NCBI GenBank assembly: GCA_003223835.1
Contig: QHWR01000094.1
Coordinates: 1 to 59,963 of the forward strand
Source of the DNA: Acidobacteriota bacterium
Lineage (GTDB): Bacteria > Acidobacteriota > Vicinamibacteria > Vicinamibacterales > 2-12-FULL-66-21
DNA: 59,963 nt
Direction: 5' to 3'
The translations under genes and the position numbers were made by a program. Below the pieces are notes generated by a model. The model saw nothing but the letters and a program-made list of their open reading frames with translations, ran no database searches and was not told the origin of the DNA. Shown here in pieces: positions 1-9,392 of this stretch (the first letter of the stretch is position 1; each line of letters opens with the position of its first letter).

Positions 1-1
1 C

Positions 2-841
2 GGCTGGAATTTCCGCCGCGAGCACCTGCGCCTGCAGCAGCGCTCGCACTACGTCATTCCCGACGGCGGCGATCAGCCGAACGTCGTGCCGCGAACGGCG
101 TCCGTCTGGTACTACTTCCGGGAGATTGACTACCCGCACATCAAAGAGCTGTGGGAGACGGGCGACACCATCGCGAAGGCGGCCGCGATGATGACCGGCG
201 TCGAGCTGCTGCCGACGAAAGTCCTCGGCAGCGCCTGGCCGCAACACTTTAACAAGGCGGTGGCCGAGACGACGTGGGCGAACATCCAGAAGGTCGGACT
301 GCCGGAATGGAGCGAGGCGGACCAGACGCTTGCGAAAGCGCTGCAGAAAGAGCTGAAGACCCGCGAGGAGGGACTGCGCACGAAGCTGCGCGAGCAGCTT
401 CAAGGGCCGGTCCGCGAAAACTACGGCGGCGGATCCGACGACATCGGCGACATCTCGTGGAACGTTCCGACCGTCACCCTGCGGTTCCCGTCGAACATCC
501 CGGGCCTTCCCGGGCACAACTGGGCCAACGCGATCTCGATGGCGACGCCGATCGCGCACAAGGGCGCGACCGCCGGCGCGAAAGTCCAGGCCATGACGCT
601 GCTCGACCTGCTGTTGCGTCCGGAGCTGGTGCAGCAGGCCTGGGACTACTTCCGCAACGAGCAGACGAAGGACGTCAAGTACGAGCCGCTCATTCGCGCC
701 CAGGATCAACCCGCCATCTGGCTGAACAAAGCGACGATGGAGAAGTATCGGGCCGAGATGCGGAAGTACTATTACGATCCGTCACGCTACAAGACGTACC
801 TGGAGCAGCTCGGCATCCAGTATCCGACCGTCCGGAAGTAA
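2..841 (+). CDS. M20 family amidohydrolase (AbgB-like), 5'-truncated by the window edge
   Basis: Frame is open from base 2 (GWNFRREHLRLQQRSHYVIPDGGDQPNVVP...) and contains GGSDDIGDISW, PGHNW and PIAHKG motifs typical of AbgB-like M20 proteins. Confidence 0.75.
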   Translation, partial: GWNFRREHLRLQQRSHYVIPDGGDQPNVVPRTASVWYYFREIDYPHIKELWETGDTIAKAAAMMTGVELLPTKVLGSAWPQHFNKAVAETTWANIQKVGLPEWSEADQTLAKALQKELKTREEGLRTKLREQLQGPVRENYGGGSDDIGDISWNVPTVTLRFPSNIPGLPGHNWANAISMATPIAHKGATAGAKVQAMTLLDLLLRPELVQQAWDYFRNEQTKDVKYEPLIRAQDQPAIWLNKATMEKYRAEMRKYYYDPSRYKTYLEQLGIQYPTVRK

Positions 842-844
842 GGC

Positions 845-2173
845 ATGCCTCAACACACGCGCCCCGCGCGCGGGATGCGCGATTTCCTGCCGGCCGACGT
901 ACGGCGGCGTCAGTATGTGATCGATGTCGTGCGCGGCGTGTACGAACGGTACGGGTTCGAGCCGCTCGAGACGCCGGCGCTCGAGAACATCGAGACGCTC
1001 ACGGGGAAGTACGGCGAAGAAGGCAACAAGCTGATTTTCAAGGTGCTGCGCCGCGGCGAGCACGAGACGTCGGGAGAGACGGACCTCGCGCTTCGCTACG
1101 ACCTCACGGTCCCGCTCGCGCGCGTCGTCGCCGAGAACCGCGGTCAGCTCCCGAAGTTTTTCAAGCGCTATCAGATCCAGCCCGTGTGGCGTGCGGACCG
1201 TCCCGCGCGCGGGCGGTTCCGCGAGTTCTTTCAGTGCGACGTGGACGCGATCGGATCGGCGTCGGCGGTCGTCGAAGTCGAGATGATCGCCGCGGTCAGC
1301 GAGGTGCTCCAGACGCTGGGGTTCACGGACTTCGTCGTGCAGCTCAATCACCGTCAATTGCTGAGCGCGATGCTCGACGGCGCGCGCGTGGCCGCGGAGC
1401 GGCAGAACGATGCGATGGTGGCAATCGACAAGCTCGATAAGATCGGGCGCGACGGCGTGAAGCAGGAACTGATCGCGCGCGGGATCGATGGCGCGGCGGC
1501 CGACCAGTGTCTGCGCGCTTTTGAAGACGTCCAGGAGTACAACGCGCTCGCGGGCCGGAGCGAGCGTGGCGCCGAGGCGAGCCGGAACGTCGCCGAGATT
1601 CTGACGCTGGTCGAGGCGACCCCGGCCAGCGGCCATGTGAAGTTCACGCCGCGGCTCGCGCGCGGGCTGTCCTACTACACCGGCGCCATCATGGAGATTA
1701 GCGTCGAGGGTATCGGCAGCCTCGGCGGCGGCGGACGATATGATGGATTGATTGGCATGTTCTCCGGCGAGCAGATTCCGGCGTGCGGCTTTTCGCTGGG
1801 CCTCGAGCGCATCCTCGTGATCATGTCCGAGCGGGAGATGTTTCCGCCGCACGTCGCGTCTTCGTCGCCCGACGTCCTCGTCACGGTCTTCGATGCAGCG
1901 TCCGCGGCGGATTCGCTGCGGCTCGCGGCGGAGCTGAGGAGTCTCGCCCTGCGCGTCGAGGTTTATCCCGAAGCGGACAAGCTCGGAAAGCAGTTCAAGT
2001 ATGGATCGGCGAGGAACGTCGCGTTCGTCGCGATCCTCGGCTCCGACGAGCGCGCCCGCGGCGCGGTCACGATCAAGAATATGAAGACCGGCGAGCAGGT
2101 CACCGTGCCACGCGCGGAGGTCGCTGCCCGGCTTCGCCGCGACCAACGACCAACGACTTCCGAACTCCACTAA
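845..2173 (+). CDS. hisS: Histidine--tRNA ligase
   Basis: RGMRDFLP, LRYDLTVPLAR, WRADRPARGRFREFFQCD, RLARGLSYYTG, GGGRYD motifs. Confidence 0.97.
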   Translation: MPQHTRPARGMRDFLPADVRRRQYVIDVVRGVYERYGFEPLETPALENIETLTGKYGEEGNKLIFKVLRRGEHETSGETDLALRYDLTVPLARVVAENRGQLPKFFKRYQIQPVWRADRPARGRFREFFQCDVDAIGSASAVVEVEMIAAVSEVLQTLGFTDFVVQLNHRQLLSAMLDGARVAAERQNDAMVAIDKLDKIGRDGVKQELIARGIDGAAADQCLRAFEDVQEYNALAGRSERGAEASRNVAEILTLVEATPASGHVKFTPRLARGLSYYTGAIMEISVEGIGSLGGGGRYDGLIGMFSGEQIPACGFSLGLERILVIMSEREMFPPHVASSSPDVLVTVFDAASAADSLRLAAELRSLALRVEVYPEADKLGKQFKYGSARNVAFVAILGSDERARGAVTIKNMKTGEQVTVPRAEVAARLRRDQRPTTSELH

Positions 2174-2203
2174 CGACCAACGACGAACGACCAACGACAA
2201 CGA
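2140..2203. repeat. Degenerate heptamer tandem array (CGACCAA)n at the hisS-aspS junction
   Basis: cgaccaa cgaccaa cgacttc ... cgaccaa cgacgaa cgaccaa cgacaa; overlaps the last hisS codons. Confidence 0.85.
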
Positions 2204-3976
2204 ATGGACATCCAGCCTCTCGGCTCCCTCGCGCGCACGCATACCTGCGGTCAGCTCACGTCAGCGGCCGTCGGCCAGGATGTCGTGCTGCTCGGCTGGG
2301 TGCACCGCGTCCGCGACCTCGGCGCGCTGGTGTTCTTCGACATCCGCGACCGTCATGGCCTCACGCAGATCGTCGCGCGCGAAGACGCGCCGTCCCTGGT
2401 GAGCGACGCCAAGCACCTTCGTCCCGAGCACGTCGTCGCCGTCATCGGCCGCGTGGAGCGGCGCGCCCCTGAGGCGATCAACCCCAAGATCAAAACGGGA
2501 GACGTCGAGGTCGTGGCGCGCGAGATCCGCCTGCTGAACGAGGCGAAGACGCCGCCATTTCCGATCAACGAAGACACGACGGTTTCCGAAGACACGCGGC
2601 TCCGGTATCGCTACATGGATCTGCGCCGCGCGCGGATGCAGCACAACCTGATCCTCCGCCACAAAGCGGCGCTGGAGATCCGGCGGTACTTCGACGAGAA
2701 CGGGTTCCTCGAGATCGAGACGCCGATCCTGACCAAGTCCACGCCCGAAGGGGCCCGCGACTACCTCGTGCCGAGCCGCGTCCACCCGGGCGAGTTCTAC
2801 GCGCTGCCGCAGTCGCCGCAGATCTTCAAGCAGATCCTGATGATCTCGGGGATGGACCGCTACGTGCAGATCGTGAAGTGCTTTCGCGACGAAGACCTTC
2901 GCGCCGACCGGCAGCCGGAATTCACGCAGGTGGACCTCGAGATCGCGTTCGCGACGGAAGATCTCGTCTTCTCCATTCTCGAGCCGCTGATGGGGCGCCT
3001 GATGGCGCTCATCGGCCGCGACGCGCCGCGGCCGTTCCTGCGGATGGCGTACGCGGACGCCATCACCAAGTACGGGTCCGACAAGCCGGATCTGCGTGCG
3101 GGGATGGAGCTGCGCACGTTGTCGGAACCGTTCGCGTCCTCCAACTTTTCGGTCTTCAAGAACGCGATCGCGACCGGCGAAGAGGTGCGCGGCTTCGTCA
3201 TCCCGAAAGGGGCGCGCTATTCGCGCAAGGAGCTGGACACGCTCGCGGAGGACGCGAAGCAGCTCGGCGCGGCGGGCCTCGTGTGGGCGCGCGCGGCCGA
3301 CGCCGGGGTGCAGAGCCCGGCGCTGAAGGCGGCGGGCGAGGACGTCATCCGCCGCGCGCTCGAGCTGGCGGGGGCGGGCGGCGGCGACCTGCTCGTGATG
3401 GCCGCGGGCCCGCACGACGCGACGTCGCGAATCCTGGGACAACTGCGGCTGCAGATCGCGAAGCGCGAAAACCTTCTCGACCCGAACGCGTACGCGTTCC
3501 TGTGGGTCGTGGACTTTCCCATGTTCGAGTGGCTCGACGACGAGCGGCGTTGGGAGTTCATGCACCATCCGTTCACGTCACCGCTCGAGGCGGACGCCGC
3601 TTTGCTCGAATCGGACCCGGGCCGCGCGCGGGCCCGCGCCTACGACCTCGTTCTCAACGGCAGCGAGATCGGCGGCGGCAGCATCCGGATCCACGACCAG
3701 CGGCTCCAGCGTCTCGTCTTCAAGCTTCTCGGCATGACGGAAGAGGAGGCGAAGCTGCGGTTCGGGTTCTTCCTCGAAGCGCTCGAATACGGTACGCCGC
3801 CGCACGGCGGCATCGCCCTCGGGCTCGACCGCATCGTGGCGATTCTGGCGGGCGAGCAGTCGATCCGCGAGGTGATTGCCTTCCCGAAGACCGCGCAGGC
3901 CGTGGACCTGATGGCAGGGGCCCCGTCCACGGTCAATCCGAAGCAGCTCCGGGAGCTGCATTTGAAGATCGATTGA
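2204..3976 (+). CDS. aspS: Aspartate--tRNA ligase
   Basis: RTHTCG, STPEGARDYLVPSR, ALPQSPQIFKQ, FRDEDLRADRQPEFTQ, YGTPPHGGIALGLDR. Confidence 0.98.
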   Translation: MDIQPLGSLARTHTCGQLTSAAVGQDVVLLGWVHRVRDLGALVFFDIRDRHGLTQIVAREDAPSLVSDAKHLRPEHVVAVIGRVERRAPEAINPKIKTGDVEVVAREIRLLNEAKTPPFPINEDTTVSEDTRLRYRYMDLRRARMQHNLILRHKAALEIRRYFDENGFLEIETPILTKSTPEGARDYLVPSRVHPGEFYALPQSPQIFKQILMISGMDRYVQIVKCFRDEDLRADRQPEFTQVDLEIAFATEDLVFSILEPLMGRLMALIGRDAPRPFLRMAYADAITKYGSDKPDLRAGMELRTLSEPFASSNFSVFKNAIATGEEVRGFVIPKGARYSRKELDTLAEDAKQLGAAGLVWARAADAGVQSPALKAAGEDVIRRALELAGAGGGDLLVMAAGPHDATSRILGQLRLQIAKRENLLDPNAYAFLWVVDFPMFEWLDDERRWEFMHHPFTSPLEADAALLESDPGRARARAYDLVLNGSEIGGGSIRIHDQRLQRLVFKLLGMTEEEAKLRFGFFLEALEYGTPPHGGIALGLDRIVAILAGEQSIREVIAFPKTAQAVDLMAGAPSTVNPKQLRELHLKID

Positions 3977-4115
3977 TCTTCCGCCTGAAGGCGGAAGCCA
4001 CGGGAGTTCCTGTGATTTCATGGTTCCCGTGATTTCATGGTTCCCGTGATTTCGTGGTTCGCATGATTTCGTGGCTCCAGTGATTTTCGTGGCTTCCGCC
4101 TTCAGGCGGAAGATC
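3975..4115. repeat. REP doublet (REPIN-like): 28-bp perfect inverted repeats enclosing five 17-nt tandem units
   Basis: gatcttccgcctgaaggcggaagccacg (3975-4002) is the exact reverse complement of 4088-4115; each arm is itself a CTTCCGCC-N4-GGCGGAAG hairpin; tgattt(c) recurs at 4013, 4030, 4047, 4064, 4081. Confidence 0.9.
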
Positions 4116-4207
4116 GGCTCATTCGACACCGGGCACGGTTCCTGCTACGATCGTCTCTGCGTAATTCGTCGTCTATTAAGGAGTTAGAGCCTATCGCCAT
4201 CTCCGCG

Positions 4208-5141
<934 letters not shown>

Positions 5142-5155
<14 letters not shown>

Positions 5156-5654
5156 TAGACGCCCCTCGAGGCGCTCGGGGCGCTCTGAGCCTGTCGAAGG
5201 GCGGCTGCGCGTGACGGTCACGGATGGCCGTGGCCGTCCCGTCCGCGCGTCCGGGCTTGCCGCATGGCTGCGGCGGGTCGCTCCTGCGGCTGCACGCGGC
5301 GACGTTGCCGTGGCGCTCGTGACCGACGCGCGCCTCCGCGCCCTCAACCGGCAGTACCGAAAGAAAGACAAAACCACCGACGTCCTGTCCTTTCCGTCGG
5401 ATGTGCGGAACTCCGGATCCGGCCCCTTGGGCGACATTGCCATCGCGACCGGCGTGGCACGCCGCCAGGCGCGCCAGGCAGGGCATTCCTACGCCGCGGA
5501 GCTGAAAGTGCTGGCCCTCCACGGCCTGCTGCACCTCCTGGGTTACGATCACCACCGCCCGGACGACCGCGGCCGGATGGCCCGCCTCGAACGGCGCCTT
5601 CTGGCCGACGGCGGGCTCGCCGGGCTCATCGAACGCGCCGGCGCTCGCGCATGA
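5142..5654 (+). CDS. ybeY: rRNA maturation endoribonuclease YbeY (start uncertain, possibly GTG 5211)
   Basis: [18 protein letters not shown] and [11 protein letters not shown] metal motif; follows phoH. Confidence 0.92.
5160..5203. repeat. Palindromic REP-like element, second family (copy 1)
   Basis: Imperfect palindrome sharing ctgagcctgtcgaaggg (5185-5201) with 47636-47652. Confidence 0.7.
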
Positions 5655-6904
5655 TTCCGCTGCTCCTGTTCCTGCTCGGCGTCGCCGCCGTTTACGTCGG
5701 CACCATCGAGACCGCGTTCAGCGCGCTCATGAAGCTGTCGCTGCGGTTGATGGCGGAGCGCGGCGGACGGGACGATCGGCTGGGCTTCTATCTCGACGAT
5801 CCCATTCAGCTCTTCGTCCCCGCCCGCCTGCTGCTCGGCATCATTTTCTCGATCGCGACGGTGCTCCTCGCCGTGGTCACCGGCCGGTGGGGCGTCAATC
5901 TCCGCGCGATCGGCCTCCTGCTCGCGTGCGTGACGGCGTACATGTTCGTGTGCGAGCACCTGCTCCCGCTCGCGATCATCCGCCGGGATCCCGAGCGCGT
6001 CCTCGAAGTGCTGCTGCCCCCCTTCGACGTCATCGCGCGGCTGATGAAGCCGATCTCCAGCGGCCTCGTGAAGTTGATGACCGGCGACCGCACCGAACGC
6101 GCGTCGAGCGCGCCGGAGCAGGACCTGGAAGAACAGGGAGAAGTGGCGCACGCGTACCTGCAGGCGGGCGAAGAGCAGGGGGTGATCGAGCGCGACGAAC
6201 GGCGGCTGCTGCAGTCGATCGTGGACTTCGGCGACACGCTCGTCCGCGAAGTCATGACGCCGCGTCCCGACATCGTCGCGATCGAAGACGATGCGACGAT
6301 CGAGGATCTGCGGGCGTTGTTCCGCGAGCAGGAGTACTCGAGGCTGCCGGTCTACAAGGAAAACCTCGACAACATTCTCGGGGTCGTCTTCGTGAAGGAC
6401 CTGATCCAGAACCCCGCCACCGCGGGTTCAGATCCGATCACGCCGCTCATCCGTCCCGCCACGTTCGTGCCCGAGACCAAGCGCGTGCCGGAGATGCTGA
6501 AGGAGTTTCAGCGCCGCCAGGCGCAGATCGCAATCGTCGTGGACGAATACGGCGGCACCGCCGGTCTGGTGACGATCGAGGACCTGCTCGAGGAGATCGT
6601 CGGCGAGATCCGCGACGAGTACGACGTCGAGACGGAGCCCGTGATCGACGAGGGGAACGGGTCGTACGTGTTCAGCGCGAAGGTGAGCTTCGACGAGGTG
6701 CGCGAGCGGCTCGGCGTCGAGGTCGAGCCGCAGGGGTTCGAGACCGTGGGCGGATACGTGCTGACGCGGCTTGGCCGCGTGCCCGCGGTCGGCGAGACGT
6801 TCGAGGTTGACGGCCTGCAGGTCGAGGTGCTCGAGGCCGACCGCCGCCGCATCCACAAAGTCCGCTTCCGGCGCGCGCAGCCCGAGACGGTGGACTCCCG
6901 GTAG
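5651..6904 (+). CDS. Hemolysin/CorC-HlyC family protein (CNNM TM region, CBS pair, CorC domain)
   Basis: ATG 5651 overlaps ybeY stop; VREVMTPRPDIV, YSRLPVY, VVDEYGGTAGLVTIEDLLEEIVGEIRDEYD. Confidence 0.92.
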   Translation: MIPLLLFLLGVAAVYVGTIETAFSALMKLSLRLMAERGGRDDRLGFYLDDPIQLFVPARLLLGIIFSIATVLLAVVTGRWGVNLRAIGLLLACVTAYMFVCEHLLPLAIIRRDPERVLEVLLPPFDVIARLMKPISSGLVKLMTGDRTERASSAPEQDLEEQGEVAHAYLQAGEEQGVIERDERRLLQSIVDFGDTLVREVMTPRPDIVAIEDDATIEDLRALFREQEYSRLPVYKENLDNILGVVFVKDLIQNPATAGSDPITPLIRPATFVPETKRVPEMLKEFQRRQAQIAIVVDEYGGTAGLVTIEDLLEEIVGEIRDEYDVETEPVIDEGNGSYVFSAKVSFDEVRERLGVEVEPQGFETVGGYVLTRLGRVPAVGETFEVDGLQVEVLEADRRRIHKVRFRRAQPETVDSR

Positions 6905-6987
6905 TCGTTAGTCGCTGGTCGTTGGTCGCTCGTCGAGACGACCAGCGATCCGGACCAACGACCAACGACCAACGACTAACGACGACG
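6901..6987. repeat. Inverted pair of heptamer arrays (TGGTCGT)n ... (CGACCAA)n
   Basis: tagtcgt tagtcgc tggtcgt tggtcgc followed by cgaccaa cgaccaa cgactaa; same unit as 2140-2203. Confidence 0.85.
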
Positions 6988-6990
6988 CAG

Positions 6991-7841
6991 ATGCGATCAG
7001 GTTTCGTTTCCATCATCGGCCGCCCGAACGCCGGCAAATCCACGCTGCTCAACAGGATCATCGGCGAGAAGATCGCGATCGTCTCGGACAAGCCGCAAAC
7101 GACGAGGACGCGCATCGTCGGCGCGAAGAACTATCCCGACGGACAGATCGTCTTCGTGGACACGCCGGGCATCCACCGGCCCCTGCACCGCATGAACGTG
7201 CGCATGGTGGATGCCGCGGTCGAGTCGCTGCACGAGGTGGACGTCGTCCTGCTCGTGCACGATGCGTCCACGCGTGCCGGACGCGGCGACGCCTACGTCG
7301 CGGGGCTGCTGAAGGACGTGACCGTGCCCGTCGTCCTCGCGCTGAACAAGATCGATCAGGGGCGGCAGCCGAAGCTGCTGCCCATGATCGCGGAGATGCA
7401 GACGTGGCACGACTTCGCCGACATCGTCCCGATCGCGGCCACGACCGGCGACGGCGTCGATCGGCTCGAGCGCGTGCTGCTCGAGAAGATGCCGGAGTCC
7501 GCGAGAAAGTGCTGCGGCACACGCGGGCCGAGTTGCCCTTCTCGACCGCCGTCGTCGTCGATCAGTTCGACGAGCCGACGGAACCCGGCGCAATTCTCCG
7601 TCTCTACTGCACGATCCTCGTCGAGCACGACTCGCAGAAGCCCATCGTCATCGGCCGCGCGGGCGACATGATCAAACGGATCGGCACCGAAGCCCGCATC
7701 GATCTGGAGCGGTTCTTCGACACGAAGGTGTTCCTGGATCTGCGCGTCAAGGTCAAGGCGGATTGGCGCGACGACGACCGGACGCTCGATGAATTGGGTT
7801 TGGCGAAGGGCGAACGGAAAAGACGGAAGACCGAACACTGA
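6991..7841 (+). pseudogene. era: GTPase Era, frameshifted by an internal deletion near 7496 (possibly an artefact)
   Basis: GRPNAGKST, PQTTR, DTPGIH and NKID in one frame; VREKVL...ELPFS...SQKPIVIG KH domain in another; the usual linker of about 20 aa between ..MPE and VREK is absent. Confidence 0.85.
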
Positions 7842-7844
7842 TCT

Positions 7845-8141
7845 GCCACAGATACACACAGATTCACACAGATTAAGACCGGGCCACGGATTACACGGAT
7901 CGACGCGGAACTTGCGGTGTTAGAGCAACAACCGCGAACCTGTGAACGAGCGGCAGCGGTCGTGCGCCGGCCTCGGCCGGCGTAGGACGGTGCAGAGATC
8001 CGCAGACGCAAGCAGATTCGATGCTGTTTTTGCTTGCGTCCGTGGATCTCTGCACCGTCCACCGCGCAGAAGCGCGGCACGACCGCCGTTTAGTCTTCGC
8101 AACCGCCGGATCATCAGTGTTCATCCGTGTTCATCTGTGGC
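7845..8141. repeat. About 300-bp nested hairpin element capped by 9-nt tandem repeats (MITE-like)
   Basis: Ends gccacagat(..cacagat)n and (atc.gtg..)n atctgtggc are inverted; internal 30-bp stem 7985-8014/8031-8060; further stem gcggtcgtgc/gcacgaccgc. Confidence 0.85.
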
Positions 8142-8154
8142 TGTCTTCTTTCCT

Positions 8155-8182
8155 GGAACTTTCCAGCCCCGCGAGCTGAATA
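8155..8182 (+). promoter_or_regulatory. Possible ECF-sigma autoregulatory promoter
   Basis: GGAACT-N17-GAATA just upstream of the ECF sigma gene; GGAAC is a common ECF -35. Confidence 0.4.
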
Positions 8183-8199
8183 TAACTGTCGGCGCTGAG

Positions 8200-8802
8200 A
8201 TGAACGCCCCAGAGTCGCTTCCCGATGAGGATTTGCTGTCTCGTATCGCGTCGGGCGATCGTGAGGCGTATGGGGAGTTGTATCGCCGGCGGCACCGGGA
8301 CGTCTTCCGGTTTGCGCTCCACATGAGCGCCTCGCGCTCGGTGGCGGACGACGTGACGCAGGACGTCTTCGTGGCGGTGATCCGGGCGGCGGGAGGTTTC
8401 ACGCGCGGCCGTGCGGTGGTGCCGTGGCTGCTCGGGATCGCGCGTAATCACGTGCGCCGCCGCGCGGATCGGGACCGCGGCCTGGAGCCGCTGCCACAGC
8501 CGGGCGCTCCCGACGAGCGGGCGCTCGCCGTCGATGTGGATCCCGACGACACGATCGCGAGGGCGCAGCGGCTCGACGCGCTCCGCCGCGCGCTCAGGGC
8601 GCTGCCGGCGGCGTACCGCGAAGCGGTCGTGCTCTGCGATCTGCACGAGTTGAGCTACGCCGACGCGGCCGCGACGTTGGGATGCGCGGTCGGCACCGTG
8701 CGATCGCGGCTGCATCGTGGCCGCGCGCTGCTGGCGGCGCGGTTGCGGAGCGGCCGCGCGGATGACGTGAAGGGACTGCCGGTAACGAGGTGGGTCGTAT
8801 GA
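8200..8802 (+). CDS. ECF-type RNA polymerase sigma factor
   Basis: ADDVTQDVF, WLLGIARNH, LPAAYREAVVLCDLHELSY...GTVRSRLHRGR (regions 2 and 4). Confidence 0.93.
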   Translation: MNAPESLPDEDLLSRIASGDREAYGELYRRRHRDVFRFALHMSASRSVADDVTQDVFVAVIRAAGGFTRGRAVVPWLLGIARNHVRRRADRDRGLEPLPQPGAPDERALAVDVDPDDTIARAQRLDALRRALRALPAAYREAVVLCDLHELSYADAAATLGCAVGTVRSRLHRGRALLAARLRSGRADDVKGLPVTRWVV

Positions 8803-9320
8803 GCGAGCGCGTGGAACGCGAACCGATGGATCCGGAGCTGGCCGCTGCGCTTCGCGAGCTGGCCAACGCTCCCGTGCGGCCGTCGCCCGCGACCGAAGCG
8901 CGCGTGCTCGCGGAGTTCGACCGCGCGTGGAACGAGCGGCCGCGCGTCGTTCCGCGGCGGCTTCCGCCGGTGTGGATCGCGGTCGCCGCATCGCTCGTCG
9001 CGGCGATCGGATTCGCCTTGCTCGCGCTCCTTCCGGCTAAAGCCGGAAGCCACGGCACTCGATTGAACTCGTGGCTTCCGCCTTCAGGCGGAAGTTCTGC
9101 CTCTGGAACGGCCAGCCCCGGTGGATTCATCACGCTTCCCGGGGCCGTCGCACTGCCGCCGCTCGAAAGCGGTCAGCTCGTTCGAACGGATCTTCCGGTG
9201 TCGATGCTGCCGTCGCTCGGCATCACCCCGGTCGGAGCGCAGGGGAGGACGGTCACAGCGGACATTCTCGTGGGGCAGGACGGAGTCGCGCGCGCCGTCC
9301 GGCTCGTCAATCAACCGTAG
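8799..9320 (+). CDS. Probable single-TM anti-sigma factor containing an in-frame REP doublet
   Basis: Coupled to the sigma gene (ATGA overlap); TM segment WIAVAASLVAAIGFALLAL; C-terminal ADILVGQDGVARAVRLV. Confidence 0.7.
   Translation: MSERVEREPMDPELAAALRELANAPVRPSPATEARVLAEFDRAWNERPRVVPRRLPPVWIAVAASLVAAIGFALLALLPAKAGSHGTRLNSWLPPSGGSSASGTASPGGFITLPGAVALPPLESGQLVRTDLPVSMLPSLGITPVGAQGRTVTADILVGQDGVARAVRLVNQP
9030..9094. repeat. REP doublet inside the anti-sigma CDS
   Basis: cttccggctaaagccggaagccacg ... cgtggcttccgccttcaggcggaag; same family as 3975-4115. Confidence 0.9.
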
Positions 9321-9379
9321 GCACGGATTACACGGACAGAGGTGCGTTTCAGCCACGGATTACACGGACCACACGGATC
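9320..9379. repeat. 9-nt repeat array (CACGGATTA-type)
   Basis: gcacggattacacggac ... gccacggattacacggaccacacggatc; matches 7883-7901. Confidence 0.8.
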
Positions 9380-9392
9380 AAGGAGCTCGAAT

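Noticed and set aside
4003-4090. Regularly spaced 17-nt repeats as a mini CRISPR array
   Set aside because: Units are contiguous with no unique spacers and no cas genes are present
7480-7510. Programmed ribosomal frameshift in era
   Set aside because: No slippery heptamer, and conserved residues are missing, which recoding could not restore
7891-8124. Small ORFs on both strands with mirrored peptides (TVQRS.DAS), and the upstream extension of the sigma ORF to 7942
   Set aside because: Explained by the long inverted repeat; no coding signal
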